IMG/VR virus record: IMGVR_UViG_3300040856_002284 | Coordinates: 1 to 59,200 of that record | Source of the DNA: a virus | Lineage: Duplodnaviria > Caudoviricetes | Strand: one strand, 5' to 3' | DNA: 59,200 nt | Shown here: piece by piece, positions 28,098 through 37,582 of the stretch | Numbering within the stretch: the first letter of the stretch is position 1 | How the letters are laid out: each line of letters opens with the position of its first letter | The notes under the pieces: model-generated | Told to the model about the DNA's origin: nothing | What the model saw: only the letters and a program-made list of their open reading frames with translations | Databases searched by the model: none | Position numbers and translations under genes: made by a program

Positions 28098-29173
28098 ACG
28101 ATTTAAAGTTTACAACAGCAGGTGACTATTTGAAATCACAACAAAAGCGTATTGGCTTTGCTTGTAAGTATTTACATTACAATCAGAATCAACCTAAGAA
28201 ATTATTAGAAGAACTGCAACGTCCACTTACAGAAAAGTGTACTACGGTGGCGTGGCTAAATAGACAAACAAAGGATGTTGCAGAACAGCGACTATGGGAC
28301 ATCATGGTGCATAATGCAGCAGCAGCAAAAAGGTTAGTAGAATATGTGGGAAGTCTTCCTCCAGAACTTCGTATGGTCCGACTGGGTAGCAATCAGCTTC
28401 CTTGTGCTACCGAGCCTAGCTGGCGCTATTTTTGGAGCCGTCCAGATGTGGTGGCGTACTGCGAGAAGCACTACGCAGCAGTCGGTGACGCGGCCAGACG
28501 CTTGGATGTTAGACTCTCAATGCACCCAGGACAATTTACGGTCCTTGCTTCAGATAACCCAGAAATCGTCGAAAGGAGCATAGAAGAATTTGAATATCAC
28601 GCCACTCTCATCCGCTATATGGGTTACGGACAACGCTTCCAAGACTTCAAGTGCAATGTCCACATCAGCGGCCGCAAAGGTCCAGCCGGTATCAAAGACA
28701 CGCTTAAACGCCTCTCACCGGAAGCAAGAAACACTATTACAATCGAAAACGACGAAAACAGCTGGGGGCTCGACGCCAGCCTTGAGCTTGCAGACGATCT
28801 CGCTTTGGTGCTAGACATACATCACCATTGGGTGAAAACAGGAGAATACATTGAACCAGATGACGACCGTATTGGAATTATTATTGATAGTTGGCGTGGT
28901 GAGCGTCCTGCTATGCACTATTCTTTATGCCGTGAAGATTATTTACAGGATGCTGACCCAAGTGTACGACCGAACATGGACACACTACTTGAATCCGGAT
29001 ATAAAAAACAAAAACTAAGAGCACACAGCGATTACTGCTGGAATAGTGCTTGCAACGAATGGGCATTGTCGCATTGGCAGTGGGCAGACATTATGGTCGA
29101 GGCTAAAATGAAGAACTTGGCTAGTGCTCAACTTTACAGCATGACTGAAGAGTCAAAACAAATAGCAGCATAA
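28094..29173 (+). CDS. uvsE: UV-damage endonuclease
   Basis: RIGFAC, RLSMHPGQF.VLAS, IENDE, LDIHHH, HYS, AHSD, EAK.K. Confidence 0.93.
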   Translation: MNDLKFTTAGDYLKSQQKRIGFACKYLHYNQNQPKKLLEELQRPLTEKCTTVAWLNRQTKDVAEQRLWDIMVHNAAAAKRLVEYVGSLPPELRMVRLGSNQLPCATEPSWRYFWSRPDVVAYCEKHYAAVGDAARRLDVRLSMHPGQFTVLASDNPEIVERSIEEFEYHATLIRYMGYGQRFQDFKCNVHISGRKGPAGIKDTLKRLSPEARNTITIENDENSWGLDASLELADDLALVLDIHHHWVKTGEYIEPDDDRIGIIIDSWRGERPAMHYSLCREDYLQDADPSVRPNMDTLLESGYKKQKLRAHSDYCWNSACNEWALSHWQWADIMVEAKMKNLASAQLYSMTEESKQIAA

Positions 29174-29180
29174 ATACATT

Positions 29181-29462
29181 ATGAGTTATTTAAGTAAGAT
29201 GTACGGAGCACAAACTCCGCAAGCAATCACAAGAGATAAAAATCCTAACCGTGTCCTAGGCGGGCTTAAAGGTGCTGGCGTAGATACATTTACTATGTTA
29301 GGCGAAGATGGTATTGAAAAACGTATTCCAACAGAAGCCTATGTAAAAGGCCTTGAGGAAAAGGTAAAACAGCAAGATGCTAGACTAGCAATATTAGAAA
29401 AACAAATTAGGAGATTATCAAATGATCAAAAACTGGATAGAGAAGCGTTTAGCCGAACGTAG
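29181..29462 (+). CDS. Coiled-coil hypothetical protein
   Basis: CATAAATA 4 nt before ATG. Confidence 0.6.
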   Translation: MSYLSKMYGAQTPQAITRDKNPNRVLGGLKGAGVDTFTMLGEDGIEKRIPTEAYVKGLEEKVKQQDARLAILEKQIRRLSNDQKLDREAFSRT

Positions 29463-29586
29463 CACCATTGACGGTGTGCTAATGGTTGCAGCCGGTGCAG
29501 CAATTATTGTATTTTCACCACTAACTAAATTGATTGCATATGGTGCTATTGCATACGGAGTGTGGACTATTTGGCGCCAAGGATAA
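29422..29586 (+). CDS. Small two-TM membrane protein (54 aa, not in ORF track)
   Basis: MIKNWIEKRLAERSTIDGVLMVAAG...YGVWTIWRQG; GGAG RBS. Confidence 0.65.
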   Translation: MIKNWIEKRLAERSTIDGVLMVAAGAAIIVFSPLTKLIAYGAIAYGVWTIWRQG

Positions 29587-30165
29587 ATGCGAGGAAGTTT
29601 AGTCAACCATGATAAAAAACTAGTTTGGATATTTTTACCAAAATGTGCGGGCTCAAGCACCTGGCAGTACCTAATGGACTTAGGCGGTTGGGAAAAAGCA
29701 AAAACCAAACGAATTGACACTGAAGTTGTAGTTCCAAAAAAGTACACCGTTTTTTGTATTGGACGTGATCCTAAGGAATGGTTAATCAGTGGTTACAGAA
29801 TGTTCAAAGAAAGACATAATCTACCTTGGGACTTTAGTAAAAATCTAGAACTTATTAATTTGCCTTATTTTCTTCTAACTAGGCAGGATTATGATTACCA
29901 TGATTGGTATTGGCACAATGGTATTACTCCTGATCAACATATTATACAATATCCAAAAATACGCAAATTCAAACTAGAACAAAAACATTTGATGCAAGAA
30001 TGGCTTGCAACATATTTTCCAGGCACAGATAATAATTATTATCCATGGGAAAATAAAACACAACGTGATGAAAAGATATCTTGGACAGCAGCTGATTTAA
30101 GAAATGCAAATGCTAAAATGTACAGATATTGTCATTTATTCGGTTATCCACCTATAGTCGGCTAA
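29587..30165 (+). CDS. Sulfotransferase family 2 protein
   Basis: PKCAGSS (5'-PSB) and RDP.E.LISGY (3'-PB). Confidence 0.75.
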   Translation: MRGSLVNHDKKLVWIFLPKCAGSSTWQYLMDLGGWEKAKTKRIDTEVVVPKKYTVFCIGRDPKEWLISGYRMFKERHNLPWDFSKNLELINLPYFLLTRQDYDYHDWYWHNGITPDQHIIQYPKIRKFKLEQKHLMQEWLATYFPGTDNNYYPWENKTQRDEKISWTAADLRNANAKMYRYCHLFGYPPIVG

Positions 30166-30439
30166 TTGGTATATTGCTGCTTGCACTCATGCTCCAAACT
30201 TTTTTGGCGGTAACACCACGTTTCTGTGCAAAACGTTTTGCATCGCAGTTTTCACATACATGGAAATAATTGTTGCTTAAACGTTTTGGATCCATTTTGC
30301 CTCGCTCTCTTGTAAATTCTGTATCGCAATTGTCGCAACGTAATACTACCATTGTTTTTTTACGATTATAGGTATGTTGCTTACCAAGTTTGCTACGGCG
30401 CATGTGCCAAGTATCAATCAAATATTCTTTTATAAACAT
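30152..30439 (-). CDS. Zn-finger-like protein
   Basis: CDNC...CENC; TAAATA 5 nt before ATG 30439. Confidence 0.65.
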   Translation of the reverse strand: MFIKEYLIDTWHMRRSKLGKQHTYNRKKTMVVLRCDNCDTEFTRERGKMDPKRLSNNYFHVCENCDAKRFAQKRGVTAKKVWSMSASSNIPISRL

Positions 30440-30496
30440 AACTATATTTACATTAAGATTATAAAATACAACCATAAATACTAGAAAGGAACACAG

Positions 30497-30859
30497 ATGA
30501 GTATACTAACTTTAACAGAAGCAGCCCAAAAACAAATAGATTTCCTTTGTGAAGACAATGAATGCTACGGTATTACATTAAACATCAGAGGCGGAGGTTG
30601 TGCTGGTTTTGAATATGATTGGGGCACAATTGCTTCACCAACAGATTTAGAAGACGGTGATGAAGTTGTAAAAACAGCAAACGGATGTGCATTTGTAGTA
30701 GGTGCGCATAGTTTGATGTTTTTAGTAGGCACAGAAGTAGATTATGTAAAGAGTTTAGTAGGCGCAAACTTTGAAATAAAAAATCCAAATGCGCAAAGTG
30801 CTTGCGGATGCGGCGTAAGTGTAAACTTTGATATGGACAATTTAGTACCACAATGGTAA
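30497..30859 (+). CDS. iscA: IscA/HesB Fe-S cluster carrier
   Basis: LTEAA, GGGCAGFEY, NPNA...CGCG.S. Confidence 0.93.
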   Translation: MSILTLTEAAQKQIDFLCEDNECYGITLNIRGGGCAGFEYDWGTIASPTDLEDGDEVVKTANGCAFVVGAHSLMFLVGTEVDYVKSLVGANFEIKNPNAQSACGCGVSVNFDMDNLVPQW

Positions 30860-30870
30860 TGGAGAAATAA

Positions 30871-33800
30871 ATGGCAAGAAAAGACGTAGATATCGGTATT
30901 GAGGGTAACGACGGTACAGGCGATAGTATTCGCGAATCGTTTCGTAAAGTAAATGAAAACTTTACAGAACTATATGCTGTCTTTGGTCAAGGTGGCAACA
31001 TCAGTGTTTTAAACCTAGACGACACACCTGATACTTATGTAGCAAAAGAAGGAAGACTTCTTGTAACGCAAACAGACGGTTTAGGCACAGGTTTTTATAA
31101 ACTTGTTTCAGACGGTGGATTAGAAGATGAAATCAGTAGTGTAAACACTATTGCGTTTACCGTTGATGATGATACACAAACCGTTAAAATTCGAGCCATT
31201 AATACTAAACTAAGTCAAGACCCTGCACCTACACTAACAAGTGAATTAAATGCTGGTGCTACCGTTGCTTACAATAACACAATTAACAATGCTCTTTTAA
31301 ATGAAACTGGTATTGGTAACGATATCGATAATTTGGTAGCAGACTGGAATACAACACATAGTGCAAGTGCAGGTAGTATTACTAGTTCAAATGTACTCAT
31401 TTCAAAAGGCTATGCAGATCAAAAATACATCAACGACGATGGCGACACAATGGAAGGTGTGCTTTTACTAGAAGACACTGGATCTCCTCGTGTTCCAGCA
31501 GCCGATGCAGAAGCAGTAAACAAACAATATGTAGATGACACTTTTGTAGATGTTGATGGTGATACAATGACAGGTATTCTTTACTTGCATGATCACCCGG
31601 GCGCACTCGCAGGTCAAGGAACTCCTAATGGACCTGAAGATTTACAAGCGGCTACAAAATACTATGTTGACAATACAAGTTATGCAAGTACAACAAATTT
31701 ATATGTTAGTACACAAGGTGATGATAGTCAAGCATTAACACCTCCAGGCAAAGAAGGTAGAGCTCCTAGTTATGCTTTTGCTAGTGTTAATGCAGCATGT
31801 CAATTTGCAAACAATCTAGTCAATGCACAACCTTATGAGCCAGGTCCATATGTACAAACATTAACATATAGAAGTGCAGGTGAAAGTGTTGCTAGTACCG
31901 TTCAAACTGCTGGTGTGTCTAGTGTTCCTGCAGACAGACTTGCAGCAATGAATTATCTTGATAATGAAAAAAATGAAATTGCAAGAGATGTTGTTACCTA
32001 CGTTAATACTACATATCCAGATTTTACATATGATTCTGCAATTTGTGCTAGAGATGTTCAATATATAATTGATAGTATTGTATTAGATGTTAAAGCAGGT
32101 TTAACTAGAAATTATTTAACAATATGGGCAGGAAAAAGGTATTATGCAAATCCTAGTGCAACAATGGCTCGTGTTTCTCAACAAACAGAAACCGTGGCCG
32201 CTTTAACTGAAGCGAAAAGACTAGCAGGACTTAGAATTAGAGCTACAAACACAGGATGGAATGCTTTTGCATCAGCAGTTGAAGATAGGTTTGACATTGT
32301 TATTAGTATGATTACAGCAGACGATAGTACTGCTGGTCCAGCACTTGTTGAAGCAGGTAGTACATATGGATTACAAATGTCTAATAACTCAATTGGTTTA
32401 GAGCAAGGTAATCCAAGTAATAGAGATATCATTGCAGGTAAAGTACTACGTGGTAAAAAATCTGGTGCTGTTGCAGAAATTATTAGTTACACTTTTATAA
32501 ATGGTGCTACTGATGATTTTGAATTAAATCTTTTAACTCCTGTAGAATTCCAAGCAGGCGAAGAAGTTGAAATAGGAAACAAAACTCGTAATAATCAAAT
32601 TAGTATCAGAGTTGAAAGCGGCATTTACTATGAACACCTTCCTATAAAAGTACCAGAAAATTGTAGTATAAAAGGTGATGAATTTAGACGTACTATTATT
32701 AGACCAAAACCTGGTAGATCTCAATCACCGTGGAATGACACTTACTTCTATAGAAGCACAACATTCGATGGTTTAACACTTACATCGGGTGGTTTAAGTT
32801 GGAGTCACCCAAGTGCGACATCAGACGAAGAAGGATACTTTGGTCATCATTATATGACAGATCCTACAGATCCATTAAGCACTCCAAAATACAATAGTGA
32901 AATGGATGTGTTTTTATGTAATGACGGTGTTGTTATTAGAAACGTTACCTGTCAGAAGCATGGCGGCTTTATGATGGTGCTAGATCCAGAAGGACAAATT
33001 CTAACAAGATCACCTTATGCTCAAACATGTAGTAGCTTTGCACAAAGCCAAGGTATCAACAGAGCATTTACAGGTGGACAATTTATTGATGGCTACGTAG
33101 GTAACTTATACGGAACTATTACAGGGTCTGGTGCAGGTGGATTTGAAGTTGATGTTACATCACCTGCAGGGCATGGATTACACATAAGAAAACCAAATGT
33201 ACCATTTCCATTCTATATAGCAGGGGTAAGATATCAAGTTAACTATGTTAAAGACTATGATCAACTTAATGGTACAGCTACACTTGTAATTGATGAATCA
33301 AGTAACCCAGGTTCTGAAGCTTCAGTAAATCAAATTACAGGTATAAATTTAAGCACAACAATTACAATTACAACATCAGAAAACCACGGGTATAACAACG
33401 GTGATCCAGTAGTAATTACAGACATCAATGGTACTACAGAACTAAATGGAAATTACTATTATATAGGTAATGTTACTGCTCTAACTTTTGATCTTTATCT
33501 TGATTCAGGACTATCAACACTAGTAGACGGTAGTGCATACACTGCCTACATATCAGGGGGTGAAGTTTCTGATGTTATAGAAGGTACAGGATATAGTGGC
33601 GCTGTAGATGGTAGTCAAGAATGCGTTATGCAAACTGGCGGTAATAGAAGTATGCTTTCAAATGACTATACTCAGTTAAATGATAATGGGTATGGTTTAG
33701 CACTACACAATAATGCATTAGCAGAAGCAGTTAGTGTGTTTACATATTACTGCTATACAGGTTATATTGCCAGCAATGGTTCACAAATACGTTCACTTAC

Positions 33801-36800
33801 AGGTAACAACAGCTATGGTACATACGGACTTGTATCACAAGGTAGTGACCCAGATGAAGTGCCAGAAGATGCAACACTTTCAGCAGATATGGTATTCCCT
33901 GCAAAAGTATTTAGAGCACAATATCAAGTTCGTTTTCCAGTAGACGTAAGTGCAAATGTAAGTGAAGGCGATTACATTTTTCAAGAAACAAGTTTAGCAA
34001 AAGCCATAGTAAGTTTCATTACAAACAACGGCAAAGATGTTTTTGTTTACAATACAACAGGCGGTACGTTTAATGAAACAGATGATGTTCGTGTTAGTGC
34101 AACCAATTTAGGTGATACAGCAGTAGCGTGGGCAGGTGCAGACTTTGTTGATGGTACCGCAGCCGCAGGTTCACCTACCAATGCAACACCGGGCTTGGTA
34201 TCTCTATGGGATGCAAGCTCAGACGAAGGCGATCTTACCGTCTATACTTATGACATGGTCGGCTTGCCAAACAACGTAAGTGAAATAGAAATTTTCCATA
34301 AGTCGGACGACATCTATCAACCTTATGAAGTGACAAATGCTACAACAACAGGCAAATACCTAGGTGGTTATACATCTGAGGCAAGCGGTAGTGAAGCAGA
34401 TTATACAACTACTTCTGCAGGAACTGGTGCTATATTTAGAGTTGAAAAGACCGTTAACAACGGTTATGCAGTAACAATTATAAATGGTGGTTCTGGATAT
34501 ACTGCAACGCCAACTGCTGATACATTTACAATTGATGGATCACTATTAGGAGGTGTTACATCAACAAACGATGCAACAATTACCGTAGTTTCAGAAGCAA
34601 GCGGTGTTATAGATGAGGTTAGTATATCAGGTACCGTAGCAACAGATGGTAATACACCTGTTGAAAACGGTAAGGTATGGCGACTAAATCTTGGTACAGG
34701 AATCGAAGGCACTGCTGAAAATGGTTTACAAAAAGAAACATATCACGATACTCCGGTAGTGTTTAGACATAAACAGAATTTTGTGTTTGATGGTATATCA
34801 GATGTTCCTACTAGACCAAGTACAGCATTAACCTTCACAGGTGATCCAAACGGTAGTCAAACATATAGAACTATTGGATTCACACGTAGTATTACAGATG
34901 TAGATAATGTTGGCACCAACCAGCGTGTTATTACTTTCGATAGTAACTTTGATTATGTTGACTTAACCGTTGATCAAGATATTATTTCATTAGCTGACAA
35001 TTCAGCAGATATTACTCCTGTTATTCCTGGCGTCACAGGCGGTGATAACTTAGGTGATACAAGCACAAATACAAGAATCGCGATTAATAGATTGGATAGC
35101 ACCGACGCAGCCCGTTTGAACACAGGCGAAATGAAATTTACATGGGCAGGTAAGTCATTTACTATTACAAGTTATAGTGAACATTCTTTGATTTCAGATG
35201 GTAGTACATTTGCTGTAATTGCATTTACAGACAATGACAATGTTATCAATGGTGCAAGCGGTGGCGGTTTGAATGAATGGCCAGGCCTGCCAGGCGATAG
35301 TGGCTTAACAAGTGCAAGAGGTATAACACTGAAAGCAGGGTTGGTTGCAACAGAAGCAGCAACAATTACCGTTAATATTAGTACATGTCGTGCTACATCA
35401 CATGACATGCTAGATATAGGTACAGGAGGTTATAACCAAACAAACTACCCAGACAGGATCTTTGGATCACCTGTAAACGCACCTGCAAACACCAACGATG
35501 CTATTGATAGCACAGGTAATGCAAGTAAAGCACAAATACAAGAACGTGATAGAGGTAGAGTTTTTGCTGTTACAACAGACCAAGATGGGTTCTTTAGAGT
35601 TGGCAGATTCTTTACGGTTGACCAAGGTACTGGTAGTGTTACATTCAACGCTGCTCTTGTTCTTACAAACATTGATGGTATTGGCTTTAAACGAGGTGTG
35701 CGAGTAAACGAGTTTAGCAATGATGATACATTTACTGATGCCAAAGGTGATGCAGTACCTACACAAACAGCAGTAGAAGGATACATCAATGCTCGTTTAG
35801 GTAGAGACAGAGAAGGTGACGAAGTACTAGCAGCCAATATTATTCCATCAGGTGGTGGCTTCTTGTACAAAGCTGGCGATACTATGAATGGTGACATCAA
35901 CATGGACAGCAACAGAATTGTTAACCTAGTACCAAATACTAGTGTTGACACGGATGCTGCTACAATAGGATATGTTAATAGTAAAACTGATGAACTAAAT
36001 GACATCGGTGATGTTACCGTAGTAGGAACAGGAGCTACTATAGAAGGTGATATACTTATGTTCACTGGTTCAGGTAGTACACAAGCAAGTGAAAATGTTA
36101 CCGTTGGCGGAGATATTGGATTCTCATATACAAGCTCAGGAGTTGCAACAGCAGCAATTAGTGCAGGTGTAATTGAAAATGCAGATGTAAGTGCAAGTGC
36201 AGCAATAGCACAAAGCAAGTTAGCAATGGAACGTGCAGGCACATTTGACGAAGATGATGCTGTAAATGGATGGAATGGCAGTTCTGCCCAAACTGCTCAA
36301 AGTTTTGTAGGACTTACAGCATTCAGTGATGAAAACTTTGAAGTTGAACAATTCGATTTCGGTGGTGGTGCTGAAGACAGCGGTCGTGTTAGAATCAAAG
36401 CAGGCGGTGTGGCAAACGCAGAACTTGCAAATAGCAGTATTACCGTTGCAGGCCCAGGTCCAACATCAACTGCCATTTCATTAGGTGGTACACTAACATT
36501 TGCAGGCACAGCAAATGAAGTAACCGTAGCAGAATCAAGCGGTACAATTACAATCAGCTTACCTGCAACTATTAATGCTAACACAACCGGTAACGCTGCA
36601 AGTGCCGATACAATAGATACAATAACTAGATCAACCGATGCTACACATTATCTAACTTTTGTTACGGACGATAATATTAGTGCAACTGCTGAAAACCTTT
36701 ACACAGATTCTGGTATTACATACAATCCAAACAGCGGCTTGTTTACACTTGCAGGTAATATACTTCCAGATGCAAACAACACAAGAAACATTGGTGCAGA

Positions 36801-37245
36801 TACTACTGGCAGATACAACACAATTTATGCTACGGTATTTGACGGTACTGCTACCGAAGCACTATATGCTGACTTGGCAGAAAACTATCTAGGTGACGCT
36901 GCTTATGAGCCAGGTACGGTTCTTGTGTTTGGTGGTGAAAACGAAGTTACGGTGTGTGCAGCAAAAGGTGATAGACGAGTTGCAGGTGTTGTAACAACTA
37001 ATCCAGCTCACTTGATGAATAGTCACTTAAAAGGAGATAATGTAGTAGGATTAGCACTTACAGGTCGTGTACCATGTAAAGTAATAGGTCGGGTTGAAAA
37101 AGGTGACTTGCTTGTTACGAGTGCAGTGCCTGGTTATGCAATAGTCGATAATGATGCAAAAGTTGGTACCGTTATTGGTAAAGCTCTTGAAAATAAAACT
37201 GATATGGATAAGGGCGTCATTGAAGTAGTAGTAGGGAGAGTATAA
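30871..37245 (+). CDS. Large tail fibre / virion structural protein with C-terminal autoproteolytic-chaperone-like domain
   Basis: N-terminal NDGTGD.IR..F.KVN.NF.ELY; GDTM.G and ATK.YVD repeats; C-terminal ADLAENY...GRVPCKV.G...GD.LV. Confidence 0.85.
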   Translation: MARKDVDIGIEGNDGTGDSIRESFRKVNENFTELYAVFGQGGNISVLNLDDTPDTYVAKEGRLLVTQTDGLGTGFYKLVSDGGLEDEISSVNTIAFTVDDDTQTVKIRAINTKLSQDPAPTLTSELNAGATVAYNNTINNALLNETGIGNDIDNLVADWNTTHSASAGSITSSNVLISKGYADQKYINDDGDTMEGVLLLEDTGSPRVPAADAEAVNKQYVDDTFVDVDGDTMTGILYLHDHPGALAGQGTPNGPEDLQAATKYYVDNTSYASTTNLYVSTQGDDSQALTPPGKEGRAPSYAFASVNAACQFANNLVNAQPYEPGPYVQTLTYRSAGESVASTVQTAGVSSVPADRLAAMNYLDNEKNEIARDVVTYVNTTYPDFTYDSAICARDVQYIIDSIVLDVKAGLTRNYLTIWAGKRYYANPSATMARVSQQTETVAALTEAKRLAGLRIRATNTGWNAFASAVEDRFDIVISMITADDSTAGPALVEAGSTYGLQMSNNSIGLEQGNPSNRDIIAGKVLRGKKSGAVAEIISYTFINGATDDFELNLLTPVEFQAGEEVEIGNKTRNNQISIRVESGIYYEHLPIKVPENCSIKGDEFRRTIIRPKPGRSQSPWNDTYFYRSTTFDGLTLTSGGLSWSHPSATSDEEGYFGHHYMTDPTDPLSTPKYNSEMDVFLCNDGVVIRNVTCQKHGGFMMVLDPEGQILTRSPYAQTCSSFAQSQGINRAFTGGQFIDGYVGNLYGTITGSGAGGFEVDVTSPAGHGLHIRKPNVPFPFYIAGVRYQVNYVKDYDQLNGTATLVIDESSNPGSEASVNQITGINLSTTITITTSENHGYNNGDPVVITDINGTTELNGNYYYIGNVTALTFDLYLDSGLSTLVDGSAYTAYISGGEVSDVIEGTGYSGAVDGSQECVMQTGGNRSMLSNDYTQLNDNGYGLALHNNALAEAVSVFTYYCYTGYIASNGSQIRSLTGNNSYGTYGLVSQGSDPDEVPEDATLSADMVFPAKVFRAQYQVRFPVDVSANVSEGDYIFQETSLAKAIVSFITNNGKDVFVYNTTGGTFNETDDVRVSATNLGDTAVAWAGADFVDGTAAAGSPTNATPGLVSLWDASSDEGDLTVYTYDMVGLPNNVSEIEIFHKSDDIYQPYEVTNATTTGKYLGGYTSEASGSEADYTTTSAGTGAIFRVEKTVNNGYAVTIINGGSGYTATPTADTFTIDGSLLGGVTSTNDATITVVSEASGVIDEVSISGTVATDGNTPVENGKVWRLNLGTGIEGTAENGLQKETYHDTPVVFRHKQNFVFDGISDVPTRPSTALTFTGDPNGSQTYRTIGFTRSITDVDNVGTNQRVITFDSNFDYVDLTVDQDIISLADNSADITPVIPGVTGGDNLGDTSTNTRIAINRLDSTDAARLNTGEMKFTWAGKSFTITSYSEHSLISDGSTFAVIAFTDNDNVINGASGGGLNEWPGLPGDSGLTSARGITLKAGLVATEAATITVNISTCRATSHDMLDIGTGGYNQTNYPDRIFGSPVNAPANTNDAIDSTGNASKAQIQERDRGRVFAVTTDQDGFFRVGRFFTVDQGTGSVTFNAALVLTNIDGIGFKRGVRVNEFSNDDTFTDAKGDAVPTQTAVEGYINARLGRDREGDEVLAANIIPSGGGFLYKAGDTMNGDINMDSNRIVNLVPNTSVDTDAATIGYVNSKTDELNDIGDVTVVGTGATIEGDILMFTGSGSTQASENVTVGGDIGFSYTSSGVATAAISAGVIENADVSASAAIAQSKLAMERAGTFDEDDAVNGWNGSSAQTAQSFVGLTAFSDENFEVEQFDFGGGAEDSGRVRIKAGGVANAELANSSITVAGPGPTSTAISLGGTLTFAGTANEVTVAESSGTITISLPATINANTTGNAASADTIDTITRSTDATHYLTFVTDDNISATAENLYTDSGITYNPNSGLFTLAGNILPDANNTRNIGADTTGRYNTIYATVFDGTATEALYADLAENYLGDAAYEPGTVLVFGGENEVTVCAAKGDRRVAGVVTTNPAHLMNSHLKGDNVVGLALTGRVPCKVIGRVEKGDLLVTSAVPGYAIVDNDAKVGTVIGKALENKTDMDKGVIEVVVGRV

Positions 37246-37556
37246 TGGCAAAACTAACAATTAATGTAGGGTCGAGCGCAAACAGCGGAGGTGGTGACGC
37301 ACTCCGCGATGCAATGGTTAAAATCAATAGTAATTTTGACGAGTTGTATAATACCTTAGGAAGTGTGAGTGCATTAGAAGATGGACAACTGAGAGCAGAT
37401 ATACAAGGTAGTATATTTGCAGATGATAGTACATTACTAGTTGATGCTGTAAATGGTGAGATTCCAGGGTATGTAAGTTTAGCAACACTTCAAAGTGTTG
37501 TTGCTGCTAGTGCCGATTTTGCTGACTTCCAAACTAGGATTGCAGCATTAACATAA
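37245..37556 (+). CDS. Small structural protein with gp9/10-like N-terminal motif
   Basis: INVGSSANSGGGDALRDAMVKINSNFDELY. Confidence 0.7.
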   Translation: MAKLTINVGSSANSGGGDALRDAMVKINSNFDELYNTLGSVSALEDGQLRADIQGSIFADDSTLLVDAVNGEIPGYVSLATLQSVVAASADFADFQTRIAALT

Positions 37557-37582
37557 ATATTAGAAAGAACAGGATTTAGAGA

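Noticed and set aside
35445-36242. 265-aa antisense ORF, and similar ones in the tail genes
   Set aside because: Expected shadow of Gly/Thr/Asp-rich codon usage; no RBS or motifs
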